From Armatimonadota bacterium (GTDB lineage Bacteria; Armatimonadota; HRBIN16): DNA of 64,000 bases. Of this stretch, positions 1-8,534 are shown one piece after another. A program made the translations under genes and the position numbers. The stretch covers positions 2,486,264 to 2,550,263 of the forward strand of contig OW818647.1 of NCBI GenBank assembly GCA_942492855.1, given 5' to 3'. The notes below the pieces were generated by a model. That model made no database searches, was not told where the DNA came from, and saw only the letters and a program-made list of their open reading frames with translations. Within the stretch, counting starts at the first letter, position 1. Each line of letters starts with the position of its first letter.

Positions 1-1452
1 GTCACAGTCACTATTCCCAAAGCCAGCGTTCCGGACGGGTCCTACCTTACCTTGTCTATCAACGGTAAGTTTCTCCAGGCGTTTTACCCGGAAAGCGGAA
101 GCAACTCCGACACCGTGCAATACACCTGGGACACCAAACAGCCACTCTCTGGCAAGCCGGTAGCAGATGGAGACTATACGATTAGTTTCAAACTGTTCAC
201 CAAAGATGAACCCAAACCTGTTGACAGCACCGAAGTTCGTGTGCGCGTTGCCAACAAAAGCGGAATCTTTGTTGATAGCGGACTTAATAGCGGGTATCGC
301 CGTAATGCAGATGGAACCATATCTGTGGCCTCACAAGGCGTGATGTTGAAATATTACTTCACCCCCGGTAACACCATGAAATTTAACATGGATAATGGTC
401 TGTTAGGCATACCGCAAGGGACCCAGACAGATAACCCCACACCGGATGCCACCGGGAAGCGCAAATTGTACAGCTCCAAGCTGCAGCACATGTTCATGCC
501 CATCGGTAAGGGTGAACTTCCCAACAGGGGCGACAGCCTGGCCGTTGTCAGGCAGCAGCGGATTACCACAAAAGAGACAGTGGGCGATTCCGCTCCTGTC
601 ACCACCAGCATGAATGCTTACCTGCCATTAACGCAGTTCATGGCCTACAGTGGTGATGTTGTTTACACTTTGACGCAGAAATCCGCTGACCCCAGCAGAT
701 ACCCTGTGATCAATCTACCCAACATGCCGGAGCGGATTGTCGCTCCTGGGGCCAAATGGAACATGAGTTTGATGCTCAGTCGACCAGACAGCAACGACTC
801 TTCCATTACCCGTATTCCTGCCACTGCATCAGCAGTTGGCTACGAATGGGAAAACAACCTGCCCTGTATGCGCATTCAAGTGACCGCCGACCGCCCACAG
901 CCGACCGCAAAGCCGGGCTTTGGTGAGCAGCTAGTCAAGCGAATGCAGTTTGAGGGCACCATCTGGTACGGTATTACCGTTGGCAAGGTAGTTCGCTTTG
1001 ACGGCGCACTCACAGTAACCAAAGATAAGCCCGATGACACAGTAGAAAATGACCCTAACATCCGCGCTTTCAACACCGGCGGTTCTGGCACTGGTATGAC
1101 CATGCCTGGTATGGGTGGCGGTGGTATGACGATGCCCGGAATGGGCGGCGGAGGCATGACCGGCGGTGGCAGCGTAATGTCACCATCTGGTGGGGGCGGT
1201 ACTACCGGACCCAGTATGCCCGGCGGCATGATGATGCCCCGCTCACCATCCGGTGGCGGCGGTATGACTGGCCCGAGCATGCCCGGTATGATGACCATGC
1301 CTGGGATGGGCGGCGGTGGTATGACCGGCCCAAGTATGCCCGGAATGGGCGGTGGTATGACAATGCCTGGAATGGGTGGTTCGTCTACCGGCGGTAGCGG
1401 CTACTCCGAAATCGGGATACTCATCTACCAGTTCAGCATGAAACTTCAGTAA
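1..1452 (+). CDS. Secreted/surface protein, 5'-partial, with a C-terminal Met/Gly/Pro-rich repeat tract (MPGMGGGGMT-like units)
   Basis: The reading frame is open from base 1; the annotated TTG at 52 is internal. The last ~110 aa consist of repeated MPGMGGGGMT/GPSMPGM units, and the underlying DNA is visibly tandem-repetitive between 1090 and 1430. No recognisable catalytic motif. Confidence 0.45.
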   Translation, partial: VTVTIPKASVPDGSYLTLSINGKFLQAFYPESGSNSDTVQYTWDTKQPLSGKPVADGDYTISFKLFTKDEPKPVDSTEVRVRVANKSGIFVDSGLNSGYRRNADGTISVASQGVMLKYYFTPGNTMKFNMDNGLLGIPQGTQTDNPTPDATGKRKLYSSKLQHMFMPIGKGELPNRGDSLAVVRQQRITTKETVGDSAPVTTSMNAYLPLTQFMAYSGDVVYTLTQKSADPSRYPVINLPNMPERIVAPGAKWNMSLMLSRPDSNDSSITRIPATASAVGYEWENNLPCMRIQVTADRPQPTAKPGFGEQLVKRMQFEGTIWYGITVGKVVRFDGALTVTKDKPDDTVENDPNIRAFNTGGSGTGMTMPGMGGGGMTMPGMGGGGMTGGGSVMSPSGGGGTTGPSMPGGMMMPRSPSGGGGMTGPSMPGMMTMPGMGGGGMTGPSMPGMGGGMTMPGMGGSSTGGSGYSEIGILIYQFSMKLQ

Positions 1453-1506
1453 TATCACATCTGGGGAGCGTGATCTCACGCTCCCCTCAGAAAGCTACAC
1501 ACACTT

Positions 1507-2289
1507 TTGGCAAGTCACACACCCCGCGAACATGAGCTGATCGACCATCTCACCGAACTCCGCAACCGGATTATGCGTATCCTCATCGCGGTGATCATCG
1601 GATGGATCATCGGATGGGTGCTATTCACCCCAGCATATGAGATACTGTACCGGCCTATGGAAGAACCTCTGAAGCAGGTTTCGGGCAAGCTCGTGTTCAT
1701 GCACCTTAGCGACGGGTTTTTCCTAAAAGTTCAGCTCTCGTTTGTGCTTGGACTGATATTTGTGATGCCCTATGTGCTGTATGAAATATGGGCGTTTGTG
1801 GCCCCTGCCCTCACTACCGAAGAGCGGAAAGAGGCTAGCTGGTTCCTGCCATTTTCGGCCTGCCTGTTTTTCATGGGCGTCGCGATGGGCTATTGGATGC
1901 TCCCGGCCGCTTTTAATTGGTTCATCAGCTACATTAAAGATTTCGGCGCAGGCGGCGCTCAGTTGTTTCAGAACCCGCTTCAGTTTGTGCTACTTACAGT
2001 CAAGATACTTCTGGCATTCGGTGTATCATTTGAACTGCCTGTCATCATCATACTGGCTGCTAAGCTGGGACTGGTGACATCCGCCAAACTGAACTACTAC
2101 TGGCGTCATGCTATTGTGCTGATCGCGACATTCGCTGCGATCATCACCCCGACCTCTGATCCGCTATCTATGACAATACTCACCGTGCCGATGGTGGTGC
2201 TCTATTTCATCACTATCACCATCGTGAAAGGCATTGAGACACAGAAGGTCAAGGCCAAGGCGAAAGCTGAGAAACTACAGCAACTTTGA
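1507..2289 (+). CDS. tatC: Twin-arginine translocase subunit TatC
   Basis: The N-terminal HLTELRNRIMR matches the TatC signature (HLxELRxRL). Length ~260 aa with six predicted TM segments, typical for TatC. TTG start. Confidence 0.8.
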   Translation: MASHTPREHELIDHLTELRNRIMRILIAVIIGWIIGWVLFTPAYEILYRPMEEPLKQVSGKLVFMHLSDGFFLKVQLSFVLGLIFVMPYVLYEIWAFVAPALTTEERKEASWFLPFSACLFFMGVAMGYWMLPAAFNWFISYIKDFGAGGAQLFQNPLQFVLLTVKILLAFGVSFELPVIIILAAKLGLVTSAKLNYYWRHAIVLIATFAAIITPTSDPLSMTILTVPMVVLYFITITIVKGIETQKVKAKAKAEKLQQL

Positions 2290-2356
2290 TATCTGTGTAT
2301 CATATTGTTGTATCCGTAACGGTAATTCACCAAAGTTCACATGAAGGACATCAACA

Positions 2357-2638
2357 ATGGAATCGCCTACATACCATATTTTGATTGACCAGGAGCCCAC
2401 TGGCGGGTTTTGCACCATCGCACCAGCCTTTCCTGGCCTAGAGGGACATGGCGATACCGAAGATGATGCCGTACAATCGCTGGGTGAACTGATATACGCC
2501 GAACTTGAACAGTGTTTAGCCAACGATAAACCGCTGCCTGAAGATGTGGACGACTCATACCTGGACGATGAGGAAGAAGAGTACGGTGCCGAATGGGCGA
2601 CCATCACCATAGACGGCCTCCCCGAAGAGAAGCTGTAA
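2357..2638 (+). CDS. HicB-like / UPF0150 family antitoxin-fold protein (orphan)
   Basis: YHILIDQEPTGGFCTIAPAFPGLEGHGDTEDDAVQSLGELI matches the HicB/UPF0150 N-terminal pattern (Y..-..GG..-..P.LPG....G.T.EEA......A). It has an acidic C-terminal tail. No HicA partner is nearby. Confidence 0.45.
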   Translation: MESPTYHILIDQEPTGGFCTIAPAFPGLEGHGDTEDDAVQSLGELIYAELEQCLANDKPLPEDVDDSYLDDEEEEYGAEWATITIDGLPEEKL

Positions 2639-2717
2639 CACGCCCTGACGCACGTCATCGCAACCGGAACCTCACACCTGAGGTAGACCGGATTTACGCG
2701 CACTACAAGGGGACCAC

Positions 2718-4940
2718 ATGAGAGATCATTCGTCAGACAACCTCACATGGAAACATTGGCTGCTTGCGGCATTTTGCTTCAAACTTTTAGGGCTGGTGAT
2801 CCTCTTCAGCTGCCTGTTTCAAGGCAAAATATGGTTACCCACAGGTTTACTTCATCACGTGATGCCAGATGTACCTGGAGCCACACTGCCATGGAACGTG
2901 CTTGCATGGGATGGCCTAGCGCAGTTCGGCACTTGGCGGCTCTGGGCTGGCCAGTGGATGTCACATGGAGTAGTGCCGCTGTGGAACCCACACCAATTCG
3001 GCGGCTATCCCCTTTACGCTAACTCCCAGGCTGCACTTTTCTACCCCTTCAACCTGGCTTTTCCTATCATGGGTGCTGGCGCCTTCGCGGTCACCTCTTT
3101 GATGCATATGGTTATCGCCGGGTTAGGTGTGTGGGCATTGGTCTGTTCTGCTGCCAGGTGCCGATGGAGTGCCGGCATTGTGGCGGGATCGGTGTTTATC
3201 CTCTCACAGTGGTACATATCCTGGCAGTTTCTGCCTACACTACCGCAAAGCGCTAGTTGGCTACCCTGGATGCTGTATGCCGTGTGGAAGCTCTGTGATA
3301 AACCTACCCCGGGTGCAGTCGCACTGCTTGGCGTCTCGGGAGCGATGTGCATACTGGCCGGTCACCTTCAGATCGTGTTCTACGGGCTAGTGGGCTGCGT
3401 GTTGATGGCGTTATGGCACCTCGACTGGAGTGACCTGCGACGAGTCGGAGCGTCTATAGCCGCCCTGATTGGCGCTGGTTTACTGGCATTCAGTCTGGCC
3501 TCCCCGCAATTGATACCGGCGTTGAGGCTTGGCAGTCAGTCTAGCCGGAACAGCGTCGCAACTGAACAGGGCTACCAGGCCTATGTTCGGGGCGGTGTCC
3601 CAAGTGATATGTGGGGTATGCTCGCCTCGCCCATGCTTTACGGCGACCCCAACACGAACTCGTCTACCCAGCCTCGTACCAGCAGCTATGTGGGTGCCCT
3701 TCCGTCACCCGAGGTCGCTAGCTTCGTGGGTGTCTGCGCGTTATTTTTGGGGTTTGTCAGCCTGATACTCAGGAAGCAGCCCGGGCGCGGAGCCATGTTT
3801 AGCATCATCGCACTGGCGTTGTTACTGGCCAGCGGTTCCATCGTAAACAAGCTGTTTTACTTCGGTATACCGGGGTTCGCCAGCAGTGGTTCGCCTGGTA
3901 GGGCACTGGTTTTGTGGGCGCTTGGGCTGGCAGTTCTGGCAGGTTACGGCTTTGATGAGTTGTGGCGCACCGAGCGTAAGAGCACCTGGCTGACCATCGG
4001 ATTGGCACTGTTTACCACAGCAGGTGCAGTGCTATGCGGAGGGTCGAGTATTCTATCAATCACAACGCTTAGTGTCGCCCAAATGTGGCCATATATGATG
4101 AGTATGATGAGCACCAGCATTCTACTGGTGCTGCTGCTTGCCCTCTGCAGCTCACTACCTGTCATCAGCCGGTCACTGGCTATCCCCCTCTGCTGCCTTA
4201 TTGTGATCGGCGAGTTACTATACTCCAGCGCTACGATAAACCAATCTGGCAGCCGAGAGCAGCTATTCCCTGTCAATTCGGTGGTGAAGCAGCTTCGGCA
4301 GATCACTAATAAGGGCGAACGCATCTATGTGGAACAAGGCAGTTGGAGTTTGTCGACATCGCCCAGGGCGATCCTTCCCCCCAACCTGGCCACTATATAT
4401 GGCCTGTATGACCTGCAAGGGTATGACAGCCTCACCCCCGCCACCGCGAAACGTGTGCTTGACCGGATCAATCGTCGTGACAGTGCTCCGCCACAGAACG
4501 GCAACATGCAGCTTGGATGGCCGGGTGCCGATAAAGAACGTCTGCGCCAGATGGGTGTTGGCGCCATCTTGCGGTGGACATCCAGCGGGTCAGTGGTCGA
4601 ACGGCTGGCACGCCCGCGCTCCATCATACAGCAGGGCAATATAGATATGCCGGTGAAGTGGCAGAACCCTAACCAGCTTGATCTTCTAAAACCAGCCGAT
4701 AAAGGGCCTCTGCTGTTTGCCGCCCCCTACTATCCTGGCTGGCGCGCTCAGTTGGCGTCCGGTGAACTGGTGGCGCTCAAGCCGTTGTCAAACGACCTGA
4801 TGGGGTTACCCGATGGTCAAGGTGTGGTCCGGCTGCTCTTCCGCCCTGCAGACCTGCAGATAGGCTATGTGTTGGCCGGTCTGGGGATGGTTGTTTTAGT
4901 CGCGCTACTGGTTCTGCAGCGCGTGAAGCTGCGCGCGTAG
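2718..4940 (+). CDS. Large polytopic membrane protein, YfhO-like / GT-C-type
   Basis: 740 aa with many hydrophobic segments through the N-terminal ~480 aa and a soluble C-terminal domain. The architecture resembles YfhO-family membrane glycosyltransferase-like proteins. Confidence 0.4.
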   Translation: MRDHSSDNLTWKHWLLAAFCFKLLGLVILFSCLFQGKIWLPTGLLHHVMPDVPGATLPWNVLAWDGLAQFGTWRLWAGQWMSHGVVPLWNPHQFGGYPLYANSQAALFYPFNLAFPIMGAGAFAVTSLMHMVIAGLGVWALVCSAARCRWSAGIVAGSVFILSQWYISWQFLPTLPQSASWLPWMLYAVWKLCDKPTPGAVALLGVSGAMCILAGHLQIVFYGLVGCVLMALWHLDWSDLRRVGASIAALIGAGLLAFSLASPQLIPALRLGSQSSRNSVATEQGYQAYVRGGVPSDMWGMLASPMLYGDPNTNSSTQPRTSSYVGALPSPEVASFVGVCALFLGFVSLILRKQPGRGAMFSIIALALLLASGSIVNKLFYFGIPGFASSGSPGRALVLWALGLAVLAGYGFDELWRTERKSTWLTIGLALFTTAGAVLCGGSSILSITTLSVAQMWPYMMSMMSTSILLVLLLALCSSLPVISRSLAIPLCCLIVIGELLYSSATINQSGSREQLFPVNSVVKQLRQITNKGERIYVEQGSWSLSTSPRAILPPNLATIYGLYDLQGYDSLTPATAKRVLDRINRRDSAPPQNGNMQLGWPGADKERLRQMGVGAILRWTSSGSVVERLARPRSIIQQGNIDMPVKWQNPNQLDLLKPADKGPLLFAAPYYPGWRAQLASGELVALKPLSNDLMGLPDGQGVVRLLFRPADLQIGYVLAGLGMVVLVALLVLQRVKLRA

Positions 4941-5179
4941 TTTTCTGAACCGCAGACCCGCACGGATGGGCTCGGATTGGGAGGGAAATGCCAATCGGGA
5001 GATTGGCGTTCCCAGGGGGCGTTCGTGGTCGTCCACCATAGTGATCGGTCGTATCCGTCCAATCCGTCGGATTCCGCCCCGTAAAACCCGAAGAGACCGG
5101 ACCGGTCATGGTCCCCCACACATCAAGGTCTGGTATAGTATTACCAATATACCCTTCATCGAGGAGATCGAGAGCAATC

Positions 5180-8100
5180 ATGGCTACTAAAGACACCAAG
5201 CTCATCAAACCGCAGAATATCGCGGTAAACGCAAGTAACCAGAAGACCACGGCCATCGTGTGGGACTTCGAGGACGGCACGATGCAGGGATGGCAGGTCG
5301 TGGTGGGCAAGCTGGCGCACCCGGTTTCGTGCTGCCCCAATGCGCGCAACACACCAAACGCCCCCTTCCCCAGGCAAGGAAAGTATCACCTCACCTCGCT
5401 GGATATCGATGATGTGGGCGGCTACAATGACGACCAAACCGCTATTGTGATATCACCTGTTTTCGATGCTCACACCGACATAATAAAGCTGCTGGTGGGC
5501 GGTGGAGTAAGCAAACCGACCTACGTCGCACTGTGTGACTTGAAGGGAAATGAGCTCTATGTGGCCAGGGGCCGCAACGAAGAGAAGCTGTATGAAGTCA
5601 TCTGGGATGTGAAGAAGCACAAGAACACCCCACTGTTCATCAAGATGGTGGATTTGGGTAAGGGCTCCTGGTCGCATATCCATGTAGACGACGTGCATAT
5701 TAACGGCGTGCTTCGGCCTGAGTTGAATGCCAAAGCTGCCAAGCTGGTGCAGGATCATTGGCAGGACGCCAATGTCGAAGCGAAAAAGGAGATGGTCAAT
5801 CGAAACGCGCTGCGCAAAGAGAACGCAGACCCCAAAAAGCTGCTGGTAACCGGCACTCAACGAGTCTACACGGGCAAGTATCTTAAGGCGATCAGTGTTC
5901 CGTTGGGAGGGATCGGCTCAGGCTGTATCCAGATCACGGGCCACGGCGAGCGGGTATACCAGACCTTCAATAACTTCAGCTACAACAAATTGCCGAACAG
6001 CTTCTTCGGTCTGGCGATGAGTGTGGGCGGCAAAACCCAGCTCCGCGCCTTGAAAGCGAAAGATGAGGGCGCGTTCAAGGGTTGGACTCCGGAGAGCTTC
6101 CGCGGGGAGTATCCCTGGTGCGAGTGGGATTTCCGCGAGAAGGGCCTGCCGGTTGAGGTCACCATGAACGCGTTCAGTCCGTTCATCCCGATGAACTTGA
6201 AGGACTCCAGCAACCCTGTGGTGATCTTCCGGTTCACGCTGCGAAACACCACCGACAAGGCCGTGAGCCTGCGGCTGCTGGGAGTGCATCGCAACGCAGT
6301 GGGTCAGCGTGACAGCGTCGCACCTGAGGGCAAGGAGCACCCCACTTACGGCCAGAACAGCAATGAAATCCGGCACCAGAACGCACTGACCACCCTGTAT
6401 ATGAGCGGGCCCGATGGCAACATGAGCCTGGCCGTGAACGGCAACGTGAAGGGCTGCGCCTCTTTACGCGACAACGCCGAGTTGGCCAAGCCGATGTCCG
6501 CTCAGAACCAGGCTGGCCCCACACCGAACGGCTCCACGATAGACGGTGCGCTGGAGGTCCCAATCAGCCTGCAGCCGGGTGAAGCGAAGACCGTCAGCTT
6601 TGCGCTGTCCTGGTTCTTCCCTGGTGCTGTGAATGGCAACTCTGTGCGCGCCAGCCGATGGACATTCGATGGCAACTTTTACGAGACCAAATGGCAAAAC
6701 AGCCAGCAGGTGACCAACTGGGCTTTGGGCAACATCGAACGACTGGTGAAAGAGACGAAACTCTTCCACGACACTCTCTACAGCAGCAATCTGCCGCGAT
6801 ACATTCTGGACCGCGCCAGTTCGCAGTTGGCCATTCTGGTCAGCAAGACCTGTTTCTGGAGCCGCAGCGGTTTCTTCGGCATGTGGGAAGGCTGCTGCGA
6901 GGCTGGCTCCGGCTGCTGCGAGGGCAACTGCCTGCATGTGTGGCATTATGCTCAAGGCCACGCTTGGCTCTTCCCCGAACTCGGCCGTATGATGCGCGTT
7001 CAGGAGATGGGTAACATCAAGCCCGATGGCATGCTGCCGCACCGCATCGCCGAGGGCCATGCCCCTGCCGCCGACGGTCTGTATGGCTGCATTTTGGGCA
7101 CCTACCGCGAACATCTGCTGACCCCCAACGAGAACTGGCTGAAGAAGAACTGGGCCAAGCTGAAACCCGCCATGGACTGGTCCATCAAGACCTGGGATCC
7201 CGATGAGGACGGCTTCATGAGCGGCCCGCAGTGGAACACCCTCGACAGTGCTCTCGACGGCTGCAGCAGTTGGCTGGGCTCGATGTATCTGGCGGCTCTG
7301 AAGGCGTGTGTGCAGATGGCCACCATCTGTGGCGACCACGGCGCCGCATCACGGTATGAGGCGATCTTCCGCAAGGGATACGTCAACCAGGGCGACAAGC
7401 TGTTCAACGGCGAATACTACCTCCAGATTCCTGGCCCTACCCCTCGCAACGACTACAATGACGGCAGCATCATCGACCAGGTTCTGGGCCAGTGGTGGGC
7501 CGACCTGCTGCATCTGGGCGATGTCTACCCGCGGGCGAGGGTCAAGAAGGCCGTGCGTGCCATCTACAAGTACAACTTCCATCCACTGATGGGCAACCGC
7601 CCGCAGGTTCCTCGCAAGTTCGTGGCAGACTTTGACGGCGGTACCCAGATGGTGGTCTGGCCGAAGAACAACCCGCCGGCAGTGACCATCCCCTACGCCA
7701 GCGAATGCATGTCGGGCTTTGAGTACAGCGCCGCATCTGCCATGGTGCAGAACGGCGATGTGGAGCAGGGCTATCGTGTGGTCAAGGCAATTGCCGACCG
7801 CTATGACGGCTATCTGCGTGACGACCTGACGGGCGGGAATACCGCCAGTTGGGGGTATAGTGGCAACCCATTCGGAGACGACGAGTGCGGTAAGTTCTAT
7901 GGCCGTGCGTTGAGCAGTTGGTCGATGGTCCCCGCCAGCCAGGGTCTGATCCTGGATGGGCCCAAAGGGATACTCGGCTTCAACCCTCAGTGGCAGCCAC
8001 AGGATCACCGCAGTTTCTTCCCTGTGCCGCAGGGATACGGCCTGTTCACTCAGACGGTTCGGGATGGTCAGCAAACCGACACTATCCGCATGATGGCGGG

Positions 8101-8293
8101 TGGTATCGAGTTGAAGCAGATCGTGCTTCAGTCTTATGCTGGCCGCGCAGTGAGGTCGGTCAAGCTCATCATCAACGGCGTGATGCTGAAGAGCAGCTAC
8201 CGGGTGCAGAACGGTCAGATTACCATCAAACTGGCCGAACCACTGAAGATCAGTGCCGGTCACGTTCTGACCGCGAACATCGCGCTGCGATAG
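5180..8293 (+). CDS. Glycoside hydrolase family 116 (GBA2-type beta-glucosidase/glucosylceramidase-like) with extra N-terminal ~230-aa domain, paralog A
   Basis: The PLGGIGSGCI motif marks the GH116 N-terminal domain. GCCEGNCLHVWHYAQG and the surrounding region match the GH116 catalytic (alpha/alpha)6 domain. The ATG at 5180 is preferred over the ORF-track start at 5108 by alignment with paralog B (MATKDTKLIKPQNI vs MNDNAQIISTQNI). Confidence 0.7.
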   Translation: MATKDTKLIKPQNIAVNASNQKTTAIVWDFEDGTMQGWQVVVGKLAHPVSCCPNARNTPNAPFPRQGKYHLTSLDIDDVGGYNDDQTAIVISPVFDAHTDIIKLLVGGGVSKPTYVALCDLKGNELYVARGRNEEKLYEVIWDVKKHKNTPLFIKMVDLGKGSWSHIHVDDVHINGVLRPELNAKAAKLVQDHWQDANVEAKKEMVNRNALRKENADPKKLLVTGTQRVYTGKYLKAISVPLGGIGSGCIQITGHGERVYQTFNNFSYNKLPNSFFGLAMSVGGKTQLRALKAKDEGAFKGWTPESFRGEYPWCEWDFREKGLPVEVTMNAFSPFIPMNLKDSSNPVVIFRFTLRNTTDKAVSLRLLGVHRNAVGQRDSVAPEGKEHPTYGQNSNEIRHQNALTTLYMSGPDGNMSLAVNGNVKGCASLRDNAELAKPMSAQNQAGPTPNGSTIDGALEVPISLQPGEAKTVSFALSWFFPGAVNGNSVRASRWTFDGNFYETKWQNSQQVTNWALGNIERLVKETKLFHDTLYSSNLPRYILDRASSQLAILVSKTCFWSRSGFFGMWEGCCEAGSGCCEGNCLHVWHYAQGHAWLFPELGRMMRVQEMGNIKPDGMLPHRIAEGHAPAADGLYGCILGTYREHLLTPNENWLKKNWAKLKPAMDWSIKTWDPDEDGFMSGPQWNTLDSALDGCSSWLGSMYLAALKACVQMATICGDHGAASRYEAIFRKGYVNQGDKLFNGEYYLQIPGPTPRNDYNDGSIIDQVLGQWWADLLHLGDVYPRARVKKAVRAIYKYNFHPLMGNRPQVPRKFVADFDGGTQMVVWPKNNPPAVTIPYASECMSGFEYSAASAMVQNGDVEQGYRVVKAIADRYDGYLRDDLTGGNTASWGYSGNPFGDDECGKFYGRALSSWSMVPASQGLILDGPKGILGFNPQWQPQDHRSFFPVPQGYGLFTQTVRDGQQTDTIRMMAGGIELKQIVLQSYAGRAVRSVKLIINGVMLKSSYRVQNGQITIKLAEPLKISAGHVLTANIALR

Positions 8294-8310
8294 AGACTCC
8301 GCAAGCCAAA

Positions 8311-8344
8311 GCTCCCCATCGGCTGTCATCAGCCGGTGGGGAGC
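8311..8344 (+). terminator. 15-bp stem hairpin immediately downstream of GH116 paralog A stop (terminator-like, no U tract)
   Basis: GCTCCCCATCGGCTG-tcat-CAGCCGGTGGGGAGC, with one mismatch in the stem. Confidence 0.4.
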
Positions 8345-8367
8345 ATCAACTTGTAAGTAACTTAGTT

Positions 8368-8436
8368 GCCTATGTCCGGGGCGGTTTGGCGGTACGCTGA
8401 TAATCGCCACAGTATAAAGACAGCCCCGGACATAGC
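8368..8436. promoter_or_regulatory. 14-15 bp inverted repeat (GCCTATGTCCGGGGC ... GCCCCGGACATAGC) flanking a ~40-nt spacer with TATAAAG, upstream of GH116 paralog B
   Basis: The inverted repeat is seen directly in the sequence, and the spacer contains a -10-like TATAAAG. It may be an operator or regulatory stem-loop. Confidence 0.3.
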
Positions 8437-8534
8437 CGATTTATGGGGACCCGTCTGTTACAGCCTGGGCTGCCGTACAAGCACGGGCGGATGCTTGTTA
8501 CTAACTTCACCTTCGTAAGGAGACCCAACCACAC

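Noticed and set aside
1090-1430. Possible CRISPR-like tandem repeats
   Set aside because: The repeats are in-frame coding repeats (MPGMGGGG units) without unique spacers. Likewise the 30811..30879 repeats are 8-9-nt units forming a palindrome, not a repeat-spacer array.
6464-8410. Long minus-strand ORFs (291 and 353 aa) inside GH116 paralog A; similar ones at 9672..10466 and 10632..11114 inside paralog B
   Set aside because: They lie entirely within well-supported GH116 coding sequence on the opposite strand. Such shadow ORFs are typical of GC-rich DNA.
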